DNA of 64,000 nucleotides from Leptolyngbyaceae cyanobacterium (GCA_965263355.1 CBDHHL010000032.1:3712001-3776000); one strand, 5' to 3'; shown: positions 43,230 to 54,751, counted from the stretch's first letter. Notes: generated by a model from the sequence alone, not told the origin. Program-made: numbers and translations.

Positions 43230-44119
43230 GCTGGTTAAAGCAATGGAACCTGTGGCTAACTGATTTAATGCAGCCACCAGTGTATTTACTGGTGCTGAGG
43301 TTAACATCGATTTTGCTTTTGTTCCACGGCATTGATCACTGGCTATGGACTATGCTGCCAGAAAAGCTACTGGCATTGGCAATGCTGATCCATGCACCGC
43401 TGGTACGCCAACATTGGGTTTGGTTGACCATGAGCCTATTTCTAGGGGTGAATACCCTGTGGCATTGGTCTAATTTGGTAAACCACGAATATCTCTATAC
43501 CTACTGGGTACTGGTGTGTACGTTGGCCGTATGGAGCCGGAAACCTAAGCAGGTGCTGCGCTGGAATGCCCGTTGGCTAATTGGGTTATGTTTTCTATTT
43601 GCGACCCTTTGGAAGTTTATTGGTGGCGAATATTTAGATGGCTCGTTTTTACATTTAACGTTTTTGCTAGATAGTCGGTTAGCCATGGGGGCTGTCCTTT
43701 TTGGAGGGCTGGATCTACCTACTCTGGCAGAAAATCGTCAGATTTTTGAAACGATGCAGGCATCAGCGGCTATCTTAGAACCGCAGCAGTTGACGACAAC
43801 TGCCCGGATGGCAGTTGTCAGTGTAGTGCTGTCCTACTGGACAATTTTGATCGAAGGTTTGGTTGCTGCTAGTTTTGTGTTGCCCGTACGTTGGCTAAAC
43901 CAAAAACGTGATTGGTTGCTTCTATGGTTTGTGTTGACTACCTACACAGTGATTCCAGTTTTGGGTTTTGCAGCGCTACTCATGGTGATGGGACTTATAC
44001 AGGCAAAAAATAACTTTATTGCGCGTATTTATTTAGGGTTACTGATATCAATGCTTATTTGGATGCCATTACCTCAAGGCATTTTCTGGCTGATTCAAAG
44101 AGTATTTTTGAGGACGTAA
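43226..44119 (+). CDS. Polytopic membrane protein, HTTM/SdpB-like
   Basis: Multiple TMs; NHEYL, FATLWK...EYLDGSFL and IEG resemble HTTM-domain NH, K...W.DG and E motifs. Confidence 0.6.
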   Translation: MSWLKQWNLWLTDLMQPPVYLLVLRLTSILLLFHGIDHWLWTMLPEKLLALAMLIHAPLVRQHWVWLTMSLFLGVNTLWHWSNLVNHEYLYTYWVLVCTLAVWSRKPKQVLRWNARWLIGLCFLFATLWKFIGGEYLDGSFLHLTFLLDSRLAMGAVLFGGLDLPTLAENRQIFETMQASAAILEPQQLTTTARMAVVSVVLSYWTILIEGLVAASFVLPVRWLNQKRDWLLLWFVLTTYTVIPVLGFAALLMVMGLIQAKNNFIARIYLGLLISMLIWMPLPQGIFWLIQRVFLRT

Positions 44120-44208
44120 TTAGACGTCTTGAGGAAATCAAAGAAGTCGGTTCTTGATGCGGAATTTTTGATTACAACCTTTCGAGTAAATAATTTGGCA
44201 GGTCAGGA

Positions 44209-44268
44209 TAGGGGCAATCCCTTGTGAATACTCTTCGATACTGGGCGCTATCAAGCCAAATTTCGTAT
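44209..44268 (+). repeat. REP/MITE-like element, copy 3 (truncated, diverged)
   Basis: TAGGGGCAATCCCTTGTG...GATACT...CGCTATCAAGC...ATTTCGTAT. Confidence 0.75.
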
Positions 44269-44345
44269 AAACCGGTGTTTCGAGTATCCGAAATTAAGGT
44301 TGTTTCTCGATGTCCTTAAGTTTGAAGCTTCTATTTCAGCAGAGT

Positions 44346-45203
44346 TTAGCCTACCCGTGTATCTGGTGACTCTTGCAATAGCCATAGACCGCTGTAGGTC
44401 ATACCTGAGTCATCAGGACGAATAAGTAGAAAATGGAGTCCCTTAGCAGTTGCTTTGCGCTGTTCAAAGGCATTGGCAGCTCCACGAACATCAGTATCCT
44501 CAAAGGTGGTGAGGACAAAGCGCTCACTTAGACCTGCTTCGAGAATCAATCCGTCGGGCTGTCCGGCAATGTATTGCAAAAATGCTGGGCGGATTGCCTC
44601 TATCCACTGCGCTAGAGGCATAGACTGTTGACCGCCATCAATCACTACACCCGGAATTAGGACGGTGCTAGATAAGCCAATTTCTAAGGGCAATAACTCT
44701 TTAGGAATGGAGCGTATCGGGATGGCTTCGTATTGAAACCGCAATAGATCCGCATTAGACAAGCCAGCAAATCGCCAAGTATCGCCCCAGAGATTATCGG
44801 GCAGCGGAATCGGCGTTGAACGTTCAATAGCAAATGGCGAATAGTCATCGCCAGTGTAGGTTTTTAGGTTGGGATACCAGGCGGTGCGCTGACGCAGCCA
44901 CTGTTTTAAGGTAAGTAAACTACGTTTGGGTTCTACGGGAATATCCAGTTCTCGACAGGCGACTTCCGTTAAGGTTTGGGTCTGGGGACGAAAGACTTGG
45001 AGTGCTTTGGGACGATAGCCTGCTCGGTGGATAGCCTGTTTTAGCTGATGACGGAGCCACATGGCATCAGCTACAGGTTGCGGACAGGTTTCTGCATAGC
45101 TGAAGTCCATAGTAGGAGTGCATAATAGCAATTCCCACAGGGGCTGATTATCGGTGTTTTTTAATGGGCGGCGGTAGAAGTCCAGTTGCCAAGGAGGGCT
45201 CAT
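44346..45203 (-). CDS. Tab2/Atab2-family RNA-binding protein
   Basis: WQLDFYRRP, LWELL, FRPQ, IPGVVIDGG, GLHFL.I.PDDSG.TYSG.WLL. Confidence 0.88.
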   Translation of the reverse strand: MSPPWQLDFYRRPLKNTDNQPLWELLLCTPTMDFSYAETCPQPVADAMWLRHQLKQAIHRAGYRPKALQVFRPQTQTLTEVACRELDIPVEPKRSLLTLKQWLRQRTAWYPNLKTYTGDDYSPFAIERSTPIPLPDNLWGDTWRFAGLSNADLLRFQYEAIPIRSIPKELLPLEIGLSSTVLIPGVVIDGGQQSMPLAQWIEAIRPAFLQYIAGQPDGLILEAGLSERFVLTTFEDTDVRGAANAFEQRKATAKGLHFLLIRPDDSGMTYSGLWLLQESPDTRVG

Positions 45204-45542
45204 ACCTGTCTAACGTGCGGTCTAATTTAACAATAGCGCTAATTAACTTGGTCAGATACCATTTCACCCAGTTGAGGGAAGTGTGTTTGCGATCGCAATC
45301 GTAATACAATCGCACAATATTCCGGTTTAGCCAGGTGTAAAACGGTTCTGAGTCTATCGTAGCCTGAACGTCCTAATCTCTTGTCTCCACATCCTCACCA
45401 ATAAACCAGTGATTGAGATGGCAAGGATACCCTTCGCACTACCAGGAAAGTGGGAACTTGCCCTTAAGGAATGGACTAGCCAAGGGGGACCAAATTAGCT
45501 GAGACTGGCTGCTATATAGTAAACCAGTCCTAACTCTTGAGT

Positions 45543-46808
45543 ATGGTCCCAGCACTTACCCAATTTGGTCAGCAGATGTCCCACCTTACCGGGGTGAGGG
45601 CAATCATGAAAGATATCATCGAAACTCTGCAGTCGGAGCCGTCTGCAGACTTTATTAACCTCAGTGCAGGTAATCCAGTAATTTTACCGGAGGTAGAACA
45701 GCTCTGGCGCGATTGTACAGCTGATTTACTGGCTAGTGCAGACTATGGCGAGGTGATTTGTCGCTATGGCTCTAGTCGAGGCTATGAGCCACTGATTGAT
45801 GCGATTGCAACCGACTTTAATCAGCGTTATCACTGTAGCCTTAAGGCCGAGAATATTTTGATTACTCCCGGTAGTCAGGCCCTGTACTTTTTAGCGGCCA
45901 ATGCCTTGGGAGGGTATACCCTCGACGGCGTGCTTAAGGAAATAATTTTGCCCCTGAGTCCTGATTACACAGGGTATGGTGGCGTTTCTTTATATCCACA
46001 GGCCGTGCGAGCTTATCGACCGACTCTGGAGGTCGATGTGACGGCCCATCGGTTTAAGTACCGGCCTGATTTTAGCCAGCTGGCTTTAGGTGACCAGACC
46101 GGATTTATGTTGTTTTCTCGTCCCTGTAATCCCACAGGCAATGTGCTTACTGATAAAGAGGTTAACCGGATTGTTAGTTTGGCGGCTAATGTCCCTGTCT
46201 TTATTGACTCGGCCTATGCCCCCCCGTTTCCAGCTCTCAATTTTATTGAGATGACACCCGTGCTTCTCCCCAATGTTGTGCACTGTATAAGTCTCTCCAA
46301 AGCAGGATTACCGGGTGAGCGGGTAGGGATTGCCATCGGCGATGCAGCGATCATTCGTGTACTGGAATCTTTCCAAACAAACTTATGTATTCATTCTTCT
46401 CGCTACGGCCAAGCCATTGCTGCCCGTGCCATTGAGTCAGGCGCACTAGCTGAGATCGCTAAAACCGTTATTCGGCCCCACTATCAGCAAAAATTTGCAG
46501 TGATTGAAGCCACTCTGGATGAAGTAATGCCCGATGTGCCTTGGTATTTACATCAGGCAGAAGGCTCAATCTTCGCTTGGCTCTGGCTTCAGGATTTACC
46601 CATGGACGATCAGGCGTTTTACCAATCTCTAAAACGCTGCGGAGTGATTATTGTCCCCGGCAGTCCCTTCTTTCCTGGTCTTAAAGCCGACTGGGCTCAT
46701 AAACATGAGTGTTTTAGGATTAGCTTGACAGATACGGCAGAGCGGATTGCGATCGCAATCCGCCGTCTGGCTAAGCTGACTAAGGAAATTTATAGCCAGA
46801 CACAATAA
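45543..46808 (+). CDS. avtA: Valine-pyruvate aminotransferase
   Basis: [47 protein letters not shown]. Confidence 0.92.
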   Translation: MVPALTQFGQQMSHLTGVRAIMKDIIETLQSEPSADFINLSAGNPVILPEVEQLWRDCTADLLASADYGEVICRYGSSRGYEPLIDAIATDFNQRYHCSLKAENILITPGSQALYFLAANALGGYTLDGVLKEIILPLSPDYTGYGGVSLYPQAVRAYRPTLEVDVTAHRFKYRPDFSQLALGDQTGFMLFSRPCNPTGNVLTDKEVNRIVSLAANVPVFIDSAYAPPFPALNFIEMTPVLLPNVVHCISLSKAGLPGERVGIAIGDAAIIRVLESFQTNLCIHSSRYGQAIAARAIESGALAEIAKTVIRPHYQQKFAVIEATLDEVMPDVPWYLHQAEGSIFAWLWLQDLPMDDQAFYQSLKRCGVIIVPGSPFFPGLKADWAHKHECFRISLTDTAERIAIAIRRLAKLTKEIYSQTQ

Positions 46809-46824
46809 ATTCCATCGATCACCT

Positions 46825-47394
46825 ATGTCTCACTTTTATTTCCCAACTGACTGGCTCACCATTGGTCGCATCGTCGGTCCTCATGGTCTAAATGGAGAAG
46901 TCCGAGTTTATCCTGACAGTGACTTTCCAGAACGGTTTGAGCAGCCGGGAGAACGTTGGCTGCTAAAGCCGGGTGCTAGCCAACCAGAACCGATTAAGTT
47001 GCTAAAGGGACGGTTACAAGCGGGTAAAGGTCTGTATATTTTGAAATTGGCTGGGATTAACTATCGCGCTCAGGCAGAAGCACTGCGGGACACTCAGCTA
47101 TTGGTGGCTGCTGACGATCGCCTGCCCCTAGAACCTGGAGAATTTCACGTCAATGACTTAATCGGCTTAACCGTTATTCTGCAAGCTACAGGAGAGCAAA
47201 TCGGTACCGTGAGCGATGTTTATCGAGCTGGTAACGATCTGCTTGAAGTGACGCTAACATCTAATCATTCAGATGCTGCTGTGAAGAATAAGCCACGCAC
47301 TGCCTTGATTCCTTTTGTGGAGGCGATTGTTCCGGTGGTTGATTTATCCCAGGGACGGGTGGAGATTACTCCTCCAGATGGCTTGATTGACTGA
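46825..47394 (+). CDS. rimM: Ribosome maturation factor RimM
   Basis: [35 protein letters not shown]. Confidence 0.96.
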   Translation: MSHFYFPTDWLTIGRIVGPHGLNGEVRVYPDSDFPERFEQPGERWLLKPGASQPEPIKLLKGRLQAGKGLYILKLAGINYRAQAEALRDTQLLVAADDRLPLEPGEFHVNDLIGLTVILQATGEQIGTVSDVYRAGNDLLEVTLTSNHSDAAVKNKPRTALIPFVEAIVPVVDLSQGRVEITPPDGLID

Positions 47395-47409
47395 GACTTA
47401 GTGTCGTTT

Positions 47410-47919
47410 TTAGGGCTTACCGTTACCGTGAGCCACTAACCCCGCAGCCTGGGCCTGACTAGTTAATAGCTGCCGAATTCGTTCTAGAGTTTTTAGATCG
47501 TCGATGCGCTGTTCCTGATAGCCTCGCTGCCATACGGGTGCACCTGGTATACCCCTGACAAGATTAATGCGCTTAGCGGCGGCGGCCTTGAACCCAGCCA
47601 CAAATGATGAAAGTGCGCGGGGTTTTGGGGTGCTTTGCCGCAGACCGTAGCTGACTACAGCTTGAACATCGCTGTTAACGACAGCAATTAATGCCCGCAT
47701 GCCATTAGGGAGTACGGTCCAATGATCTAGGGCAATATCACGCTGGTGGGCAGCTGCTATCTGTTGCCATTCGTCTGCAGCAATCTGCCCCGATGGATTC
47801 AGCTGCGTTTGTTCTCCCAAAACATCACCAAACAGATATTCTTCCTGGTGGGTTAATAGATGAATATGATAAAACGTGGCGCTGGGTTGGGAGTGCCCCA
47901 ACTGGAATGTACTAGCCAA
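47410..47919 (-). CDS. RAYT/IS200-like Y1 transposase homologue with lost catalytic residues
   Basis: LFGDV, LNPSGQI..EW, LDHWTVLPN, FKAAAAKRIN and VWQRGY match RAYT; TTG start uncertain. Confidence 0.7.
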   Translation of the reverse strand: MASTFQLGHSQPSATFYHIHLLTHQEEYLFGDVLGEQTQLNPSGQIAADEWQQIAAAHQRDIALDHWTVLPNGMRALIAVVNSDVQAVVSYGLRQSTPKPRALSSFVAGFKAAAAKRINLVRGIPGAPVWQRGYQEQRIDDLKTLERIRQLLTSQAQAAGLVAHGNGKP

Positions 47920-48045
47920 CCTTTCCTCAGTGCCTATCTAGGCATTGCATTGTTTTCCGTTGGTCTAGATTTCCCAAATATGGATTCAAACTCACCCCAA
48001 CAGGGCCTTACACACAGAGCCTCAAAAGGTTGAATCGATGATTAA

Positions 48046-48128
48046 TGGGCAGAGCGAGACTCGAACTCGCATGACCAAAGGCCGCCACATTTTGAGTGTG
48101 GTGCGTCTACCAATTTCGCCATCCGCCC
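48046..48128 (-). tRNA. trnL: tRNA-Leu(CAA)
   Basis: GGGCGGATGGCGAAATTGGTAGACGCACCACACTCAAAATGTGG...GTTCGAGTCTCGCTCTGCCCA with long variable arm. Confidence 0.95.
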
Positions 48129-48970
48129 ATAGCTTTATTATTATAATGGATATTGCGCGTTTGTAGAAGATTTTGATAATCTTGGGTACCATGCCACTGG
48201 ATAATTTCCTTGGCACGCAATACTGGCACTGGATGGGTAAGCTCCCGAGTACGTATTTGTTTCAACAGAGCACCGAGCTGATCATGACTCAAGTCTTCGT
48301 AGGCATTGGCCTGGGCTAAAAACGCATCTAAGTTAAGTTGGGACGAGAGGGTTGGTGAACCTCCTGTGAGCTTCATTAATACCGATGCAACAATTCGGGA
48401 TTCTTGGCTAACCAGTAGGGCGGCGCGATCGCATGTGAATTCAGCACAGCGCACCCATTTCAAAATCTGAGTTTGCAAATTTTGGGTAAGGACCGGTCCC
48501 AAGGGGAGTTGACTAGCGGCTAATGCGATCAAATTTGCCAGAGTTAAATATACTCCGTGATCACATTTGAGATGGCCCAGTTCATGACCAATAACCGCCT
48601 GCAATTCCTTGTCATTAAGTAGCTCAATAAGCGAGGTATGCACCACAATAAATGGCCGCTTACCTCGCATTGCAAATGTGTAGGCATTAGGAACCGGGTG
48701 CTGCTTTACATAAAGCTGAGTTTCCTCAATGTCTAAAGTTTTACACGCTTGAACAAGTAACCGATGGATGTGAGGTAGCTGCTTCGGCCCTACCAAAATG
48801 CTCGTGGCAATATTTTCTAAATAAAAAAATTGCTCTGCCGTAGGCCTAAGTAAGGCACGAATCGCTAGCTCTAGACCGGGTAACCGTTTAAGCGACTCTG
48901 TCGCTTCTAAATCTAGGGGGTGACGAAAATGATTAGCTCGTAACCCGGTCAAAATAGATTTGTCATCCAC
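48107..48970 (-). CDS. M48-family zinc metallopeptidase
   Basis: PNAYT, GHELGH (HExxH), EFTCDRAA, THP. Confidence 0.92.
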   Translation of the reverse strand: MDDKSILTGLRANHFRHPLDLEATESLKRLPGLELAIRALLRPTAEQFFYLENIATSILVGPKQLPHIHRLLVQACKTLDIEETQLYVKQHPVPNAYTFAMRGKRPFIVVHTSLIELLNDKELQAVIGHELGHLKCDHGVYLTLANLIALAASQLPLGPVLTQNLQTQILKWVRCAEFTCDRAALLVSQESRIVASVLMKLTGGSPTLSSQLNLDAFLAQANAYEDLSHDQLGALLKQIRTRELTHPVPVLRAKEIIQWHGTQDYQNLLQTRNIHYNNKAMGGWRNW

Positions 48971-49046
48971 GCTATGCGTCTCCCCATTGTTTAGCCCATT
49001 TTTAGAGTATAGGCGGCGGCTACTAATGTAGCGAGCGGCCTATACT

Positions 49047-50405
49047 CTAGATGACAACTGGCTGGGTAACCGTATCTGTAGTAATCAGGGATGGATCTTC
49101 AATCCGGCGTAACTTGGCTCCTACAGCTGAGAGTTTTGCTTCAATATTCTCGTAGCCGCGATCTAAGTGGTGTAACCCATGCAGGATAGTGTTACCTTCA
49201 GCTGCTAAACCAGCAACTAACAAAGCCGCCGCTGCCCTTAGATCAGTGCCTGTAACCGGTGCCCCTGACAAACCAGGTACACCACGAATGACTGCCGAGT
49301 TACCGGTAAGGCGAATATTTGCACCCATGCGATTGAACTCAGCTACGTGCTGCAGGCGATTTTCAAAGACGGTTTCTGTAATCACGCTATTGCCGTCTGC
49401 CAATGTGGTCAGGGCCATGAATTGGGCCTGCATATCCGTTGGAAATCCCGGATGGGGGCGGGTCTCAATTTCAATGGGTAGAATCCGTTCCCCAGGTACG
49501 AGCCGGATCCGATTGTGTCCTTCCATCTCAATGTTGGTACCAGCTTCAGCTAGCTTGGCAATTACTGGTGTTAGATGCTCTGGAATGATGGGTGAAAGAC
49601 TAATAGGGGAGCGAGTTATGGCCCCAGCCAACATAAAAGTACCGGCCTCAATTCGGTCTGGAATGATGCCGTAATCAGTGGAGTGAAGGTTAGGGACACC
49701 AAGGATTGTGATTGTGTTGGTTCCAGCTCCACGAATCCGAGCCCCCATGGCTCGGCAGAAATTAGCCAGGTCTAAGACTTCTGGTTCCTGGGCTGCATTT
49801 TCAATAACTGTCTCCCCTTCGGCTAATGTAGCTGCCATCATGAGGGTTTCAGTTGCCCCAACACTGGGGTAATCGAGATAAATTTTGCCGCCTTTGAGTC
49901 GGTTCCGGGTACCCGGAACATAGGCATGGACAATACCATGGTCCATGTGGACTTCGGCTCCCAACGCTTGTAAGCCTCTAATATGCAGTGCAACGGGACG
50001 AGCACCAATGGCACATCCACCTGGTAGAGGAACGCGAGCTACCCCCAAACGGGCTAAAAGTGGACCAATGACAAAGAAACTAGCTCTAAGTTTGCTAACG
50101 ATTTCATAGGGGGCACGAGAATGACTAATGGAGCTAGCATCTACGTCGAGACTATCCCCATGGCGAGAGACCTTTACCCCTAACGCCGTAAGCACATCTG
50201 CCATACGACCGATATCTACCAGGTTAGGGATATTACGAATTCGACAGTCCTGAGAGCAAAGAATGGCTCCTGCCATCACGACAAGTGCCGAATTTTTAGC
50301 TCCACTGACAGGGATATGACCATCGAGAGGCCGTTTTCCCCAGATTTCTATTACAGGTGCAGGTTCGCTGGAGGAGCGCTTATCAGCCTGAAGTGAGGTA
50401 TCGAT
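49047..50405 (-). CDS. murA: UDP-N-acetylglucosamine 1-carboxyvinyltransferase (probable non-canonical start)
   Basis: [42 protein letters not shown]; the frame extends upstream of the 50279 ORF start. Confidence 0.95.
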   Translation of the reverse strand: MDTSLQADKRSSSEPAPVIEIWGKRPLDGHIPVSGAKNSALVVMAGAILCSQDCRIRNIPNLVDIGRMADVLTALGVKVSRHGDSLDVDASSISHSRAPYEIVSKLRASFFVIGPLLARLGVARVPLPGGCAIGARPVALHIRGLQALGAEVHMDHGIVHAYVPGTRNRLKGGKIYLDYPSVGATETLMMAATLAEGETVIENAAQEPEVLDLANFCRAMGARIRGAGTNTITILGVPNLHSTDYGIIPDRIEAGTFMLAGAITRSPISLSPIIPEHLTPVIAKLAEAGTNIEMEGHNRIRLVPGERILPIEIETRPHPGFPTDMQAQFMALTTLADGNSVITETVFENRLQHVAEFNRMGANIRLTGNSAVIRGVPGLSGAPVTGTDLRAAAALLVAGLAAEGNTILHGLHHLDRGYENIEAKLSAVGAKLRRIEDPSLITTDTVTQPVVI

Positions 50406-50666
50406 GGTAATGTCCTCCGGATTTAATAAAGAGACTCAGCCACACAAGAACACAAAATTGGCTCATCAACCAGTTTTGTTAACAATGGTGATGATTCTAC
50501 CTGAAACTACTGATTTGTTAAGTCATATTAATATCCTTTGAACGCTTAGTTACTATTAAACGCTTTAGGAAATTAAAATTTTCATTAGTTTCACAAAGAA
50601 ATGGGGATTGACGAATCAGCATGATTGCTGGAAGGTTGTACGCTACTATTGCCTTATTGAATTTGA

Positions 50667-50750
50667 GCGGAACTGGCGGAATTGGTAGACGCGCTAGATT
50701 CAGGTTCTAGTGTTCGCAAGGACTTCCGGGTTCAAGTCCCGGGTTCCGCA
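50667..50750 (+). tRNA. trnL: tRNA-Leu(CAG)
   Basis: GCGGAACTGGCGGAATTGGTAGACGCGCTAGATTCAGGTTCTAG...GGTTCAAGTCCCGGGTTCCGCA. Confidence 0.96.
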
Positions 50751-51029
50751 TATTTTTATCGAAGCGCTTAACATGTAGTTTTTTGTCCTTACATCTGAAG
50801 CTATTTGTCTGTGTGCTGTGTTTGGGCTTTTAGGGTAGCAATATCATTATTCAGTTTTTCTTATTTATTCAGACTTTTTTATTGGTTACTGAAGCATTGC
50901 TCAGAAAATCAGCACCTTGACTGACTGATGTGTAGGCAGCAGCTTTCATTAACGTGATGCTCAAGCATTATGGCTGTCAAGTGAGCACCATTGCAGCTCA
51001 TACTAAGGTCTGACTGTTCATAGAGAGCA

Positions 51030-51803
51030 ATGACCATTGTTAGTACTAAAAATCCTCTGGCTAAGCAATTTCGCAAGCTCCATCAGGCCAAGGAGCGGCG
51101 ACGTCAAAATATGTTCTTGTTAGAGGGGACCCATCTGTTGCAAGAAGCTTGTGCAGTTGATTACCCTCTCCTCCAGGTGGCGATGACGGAAGCTTGGAGC
51201 CTTGCCCATGGTGACTTATTGCGGCAATTGCAGCGTCTTGAAACGGATATTCGCTTAGTGAGTACCGAAGTGTTAGCAAGCATGTGCACAACGGTGAGTC
51301 CGGATGGTGTGGTTGCGATCGCTCAACGGAGTGTGAAACGGGAGGATGCATCAAAGGCTTTATCCTTGGGAGTTGCCCTGGAAAATTTACAGGATCCTGG
51401 GAACTTGGGGACAGTGATTCGCACGGCGGCAGCGACAGCATGCGATCGCATCTGGCTCACTAACGATAGTGTGGATGTCGATCATCCTAAGGTTTTGCGG
51501 GCTACCGCAGGGCAATGGTTTCGTTTGCCTATGCAGATAATTCCTAACCTAGAGTCTTTAAAGTTGCTAGATGTACAGTTGGTGGCTACCACACCCAAAG
51601 CTTCCCTAGTCTATTGGGATCTTGATCTGAGGCAACCAACCATCTTTCTGATGGGGAACGAAGGTGCTGGACTCTCTCAGCAGGTGATGGATTTAGCTAC
51701 CTATCAGGTCAAAATTCCCCTAGCGACTAATGTGGAATCTTTGAATGTTGCGATTGCAACCGCTGTATTGTTATACGAAGCTAAGCGTCAGCGTCAGGGT
51801 TGA
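51030..51803 (+). CDS. TrmH/SpoU-family RNA methyltransferase
   Basis: LQDPGNLGTVIRTA, GNEGAGL, ESLNVAIA. Confidence 0.93.
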   Translation: MTIVSTKNPLAKQFRKLHQAKERRRQNMFLLEGTHLLQEACAVDYPLLQVAMTEAWSLAHGDLLRQLQRLETDIRLVSTEVLASMCTTVSPDGVVAIAQRSVKREDASKALSLGVALENLQDPGNLGTVIRTAAATACDRIWLTNDSVDVDHPKVLRATAGQWFRLPMQIIPNLESLKLLDVQLVATTPKASLVYWDLDLRQPTIFLMGNEGAGLSQQVMDLATYQVKIPLATNVESLNVAIATAVLLYEAKRQRQG

Positions 51804-52017
51804 CAAAGGATTGTCTAGGCTGGCGGTTAGTTGCCATGGACTGATGGTGGGATTTTGTGACAACAAGGGCATCAGTCTTATCAGAATCCGATTCAGATAC
51901 CTGGGGATGCTCATCTAAAACGATAGCGTCTGCTGTGGTGCCTAGAAGTTCATCTAGATATTCTAGAGATTGCATAAAACTGGCTACAGCAGACTGCCTG
52001 AGCGAATGTTTATCCAT
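51781..52017 (-). CDS. Small hypothetical protein
   Basis: GAGGAAAGG upstream of the ATG; R..A..SFMQSL..L pattern; overlaps the trmH-like 3' end. Confidence 0.4.
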   Translation of the reverse strand: MDKHSLRQSAVASFMQSLEYLDELLGTTADAIVLDEHPQVSESDSDKTDALVVTKSHHQSMATNRQPRQSFVNPDADA

Positions 52018-52439
52018 GATCTTGTAACCTTTCCTCGCTAGTTGGTCGCTTGACATTGCTGCCAGTACTTATGATTGGCAGTGCCATCGGGTTATCCGTG
52101 ACAATTGATATCGGGACCTTTAGTAATGAGATTGGTGAGCCTAACTCTAGCCAAGATGTTCCAAGTTCAGAAAAAAATAGAAAAATTGATACTTGTTTGT
52201 GAAGAGCCTTATCTCTCGGAAGCCAGCCCTACGGACACAAACGATTCTACGGGGGCACAGGGATAGATACTGAATCTAGCAAATTTGCAAATAATTGCTC
52301 AATATCAAGTTGTCTAATATCCACAATCTAGTTGAAAATGGATTCTGCCCCTATGTTGCCCATATCGTTTTTTGCCTTAGGCACGCGTCAATAAATGGTA
52401 ACCAGGGGTTCGCTGATATGATGTAATAGGGAGATCGTT

Positions 52440-53873
52440 GTGAGTTCATCCTTTGATTACGACCTAATCATTGTGGGTGCTGGTGTCGGTGGTCATGGAG
52501 CAGCATTACATGCTGTAAAGAGTGGTTTGAAGACCGCCATTATTGAAGCAGCTGACATGGGAGGTACCTGTGTCAATCGGGGATGCATTCCATCTAAGGC
52601 TCTATTGGCTGCTTCTGGCCGTGTTCGTGAATTACGTGATAGGCATCATCTCCAGTCTTTTGGTATTCAGGTGGGGGATGTCCAGTTTGAACGCTCAGCC
52701 ATTGCTGACCATGCTAGTAATTTGGTGAGCAAAATTCAGGGTGATCTTACCAATAGCCTGACTCGTCTTGGGGTCGATACAATTCGCGGTTGGGGTAAAT
52801 TGGCTGGTGCTCAGAAAGTTACTGTGGCCACAGCCGATGGTGAAAAGACTTATACTGCCAAAGAAATTATGCTGTCACCGGGATCGGTACCCTTTGTGCC
52901 ACCGGGCATCGAAACGGATGGTAAAACCGTATTTACCAGTGACGAAGCGATTAAGCTTGATTGGTTGCCTCAGTGGGTGGCTATCATCGGCAGCGGTTAC
53001 ATCGGTCTTGAATTTTCTGATGTGTATACGGCTCTAGGCTGTGAAGTCAGTATGATTGAGGCATTGCCTCAGCTCATGCCTACCTTCGATCCAGATATTG
53101 CCAAAATTGCTAAGCGGGTCCTAATTGATCCCCGTGATATCGATACCCATGTGGGTGTCATTGCTAAGACCGTTATCCCAGGGTCTCCTGTAACCATTGA
53201 GTTAGCAGATTTGCAAACTAAAGAAACGGTTGATGTGTTAGAAGTAGACGCCTGTCTAGTCGCTACTGGGAGAATTCCAGCCACTAAGGATATAGGATTA
53301 GAAAGTCTGGCTATTGAAACTGACCGACGGGGATTTATTCCAGTGAATGATCATATGGCAGTTTTGCGGGACGGTGAACCTGTGCCTCATCTGTGGGCCA
53401 TTGGCGATGCAACGGGCAAAATGATGCTTGCCCATGCTGCGTCTGCTCAAGGAGTGGTAGCCGTTGAAAATATTTTGAAAAAAAATCGCACCGTTAACTA
53501 TCAGAGCATTCCAGCAGCGGCCTTTACTCATCCAGAAGTCAGTTTTGTGGGGCTGACAGAGCCTGCCGCTAAGGAGTTGGCTGAGGCTGAGGGCTTTCAG
53601 ATTGGGGCCGTACGGAGTTACTTTAAAGCTAATTCTAAAGCCCTAGCAGAAAATGAATCTGACGGTTTGGCCAAGGTGATTTACCGTAAGGATACTGGGG
53701 AGATCTTAGGGACCCATATCATTGGCATCCATGCGGCAGACTTGATTCAAGAGGCGGCGAATGCTATTGCTCAAGGGCAAACGGTCAAAGAGCTTTCATT
53801 TATTGTGCATACACATCCAACGCTTTCTGAGGTGTTAGATGAAGCCTTTAAGCGTGCTGAGGTGATGGCGTGA
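52440..53873 (+). CDS. lpdA: Dihydrolipoamide dehydrogenase
   Basis: [35 protein letters not shown]. Confidence 0.97.
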   Translation: MSSSFDYDLIIVGAGVGGHGAALHAVKSGLKTAIIEAADMGGTCVNRGCIPSKALLAASGRVRELRDRHHLQSFGIQVGDVQFERSAIADHASNLVSKIQGDLTNSLTRLGVDTIRGWGKLAGAQKVTVATADGEKTYTAKEIMLSPGSVPFVPPGIETDGKTVFTSDEAIKLDWLPQWVAIIGSGYIGLEFSDVYTALGCEVSMIEALPQLMPTFDPDIAKIAKRVLIDPRDIDTHVGVIAKTVIPGSPVTIELADLQTKETVDVLEVDACLVATGRIPATKDIGLESLAIETDRRGFIPVNDHMAVLRDGEPVPHLWAIGDATGKMMLAHAASAQGVVAVENILKKNRTVNYQSIPAAAFTHPEVSFVGLTEPAAKELAEAEGFQIGAVRSYFKANSKALAENESDGLAKVIYRKDTGEILGTHIIGIHAADLIQEAANAIAQGQTVKELSFIVHTHPTLSEVLDEAFKRAEVMA

Positions 53874-54751
53874 AAATAAGACGGCGTTCCCCGAACCCGA
53901 CTGTGGCTGTGGACACCCTGCGCTATCAGGTGAAGGTACCTGATAGCGAGCCGCACAATATTCTTGAGAAAATTGTCTGGCATAAGGAAACTGAAATCGA
54001 TCGTCTGCGGGAAAAAACTTCTCTGGCTGAGCTACAGCGTCAGGTCCTGGCGGCACCGCCGTCGCTGGATTTTGCAGCGGCGTTACGCTCTGGCAATACG
54101 ACACCCGCTGTAATTGCTGAGGTGAAAAAGGCATCGCCGAGTAAAGGGGTGATTCGGGAAGATTTTGATCCGGTTGCGATCGCAACTGCTTATGAAAAAG
54201 GCGGAGCAACCTGTTTATCAGTGCTTACCGATCAGGAATTTTTTCAGGGCAGTTTCGAGTATCTTACTCAGGTACGTCAGGCTGTAAAGCTACCTCTACT
54301 ATGTAAGGACTTTATCATCTATCCTTACCAGATTTATTTAGCCCGTATCCATGGTGCTGATGCCATATTGCTAATTGCAGCCATTTTGTCCGACAAAGAT
54401 TTGGATTACTTTATTCGAATTGCTGCAGCATTAGGTATGACTGCCCTGGTAGAAGTGCATACGACTGAAGAACTAGATCGGGTGCTTACCTTAGAAAAGG
54501 TGAAGGTGCTTGGCGTCAATAATCGTAACCTTGAAGACTTCTCGGTGAGCCTGGATACGACTCGTGATTTATTAGCTCATGCATCAACCCATGTCAGAGC
54601 TAATGATATTGTGTTTGTCAGTGAGTCGGGTATTCATCAGCCGGATGATGTTAAGCAGGTTGCCATGGCTGGAGCTCAAGCTATTTTAGTGGGTGAGTCG
54701 CTGATTCGGCAGTCTGATCCTGGTACCGCTATTCATCATCTTATGGCCTAG
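53870..54751 (+). CDS. trpC: Indole-3-glycerol phosphate synthase
   Basis: [36 protein letters not shown]. Confidence 0.97.
   Translation: MKIRRRSPNPTVAVDTLRYQVKVPDSEPHNILEKIVWHKETEIDRLREKTSLAELQRQVLAAPPSLDFAAALRSGNTTPAVIAEVKKASPSKGVIREDFDPVAIATAYEKGGATCLSVLTDQEFFQGSFEYLTQVRQAVKLPLLCKDFIIYPYQIYLARIHGADAILLIAAILSDKDLDYFIRIAAALGMTALVEVHTTEELDRVLTLEKVKVLGVNNRNLEDFSVSLDTTRDLLAHASTHVRANDIVFVSESGIHQPDDVKQVAMAGAQAILVGESLIRQSDPGTAIHHLMA

Noticed and set aside
48046..50750. Integrative element at the tRNA-Leu genes
   Set aside because: No integrase or duplicated tRNA 3' end seen; the flanking genes are core
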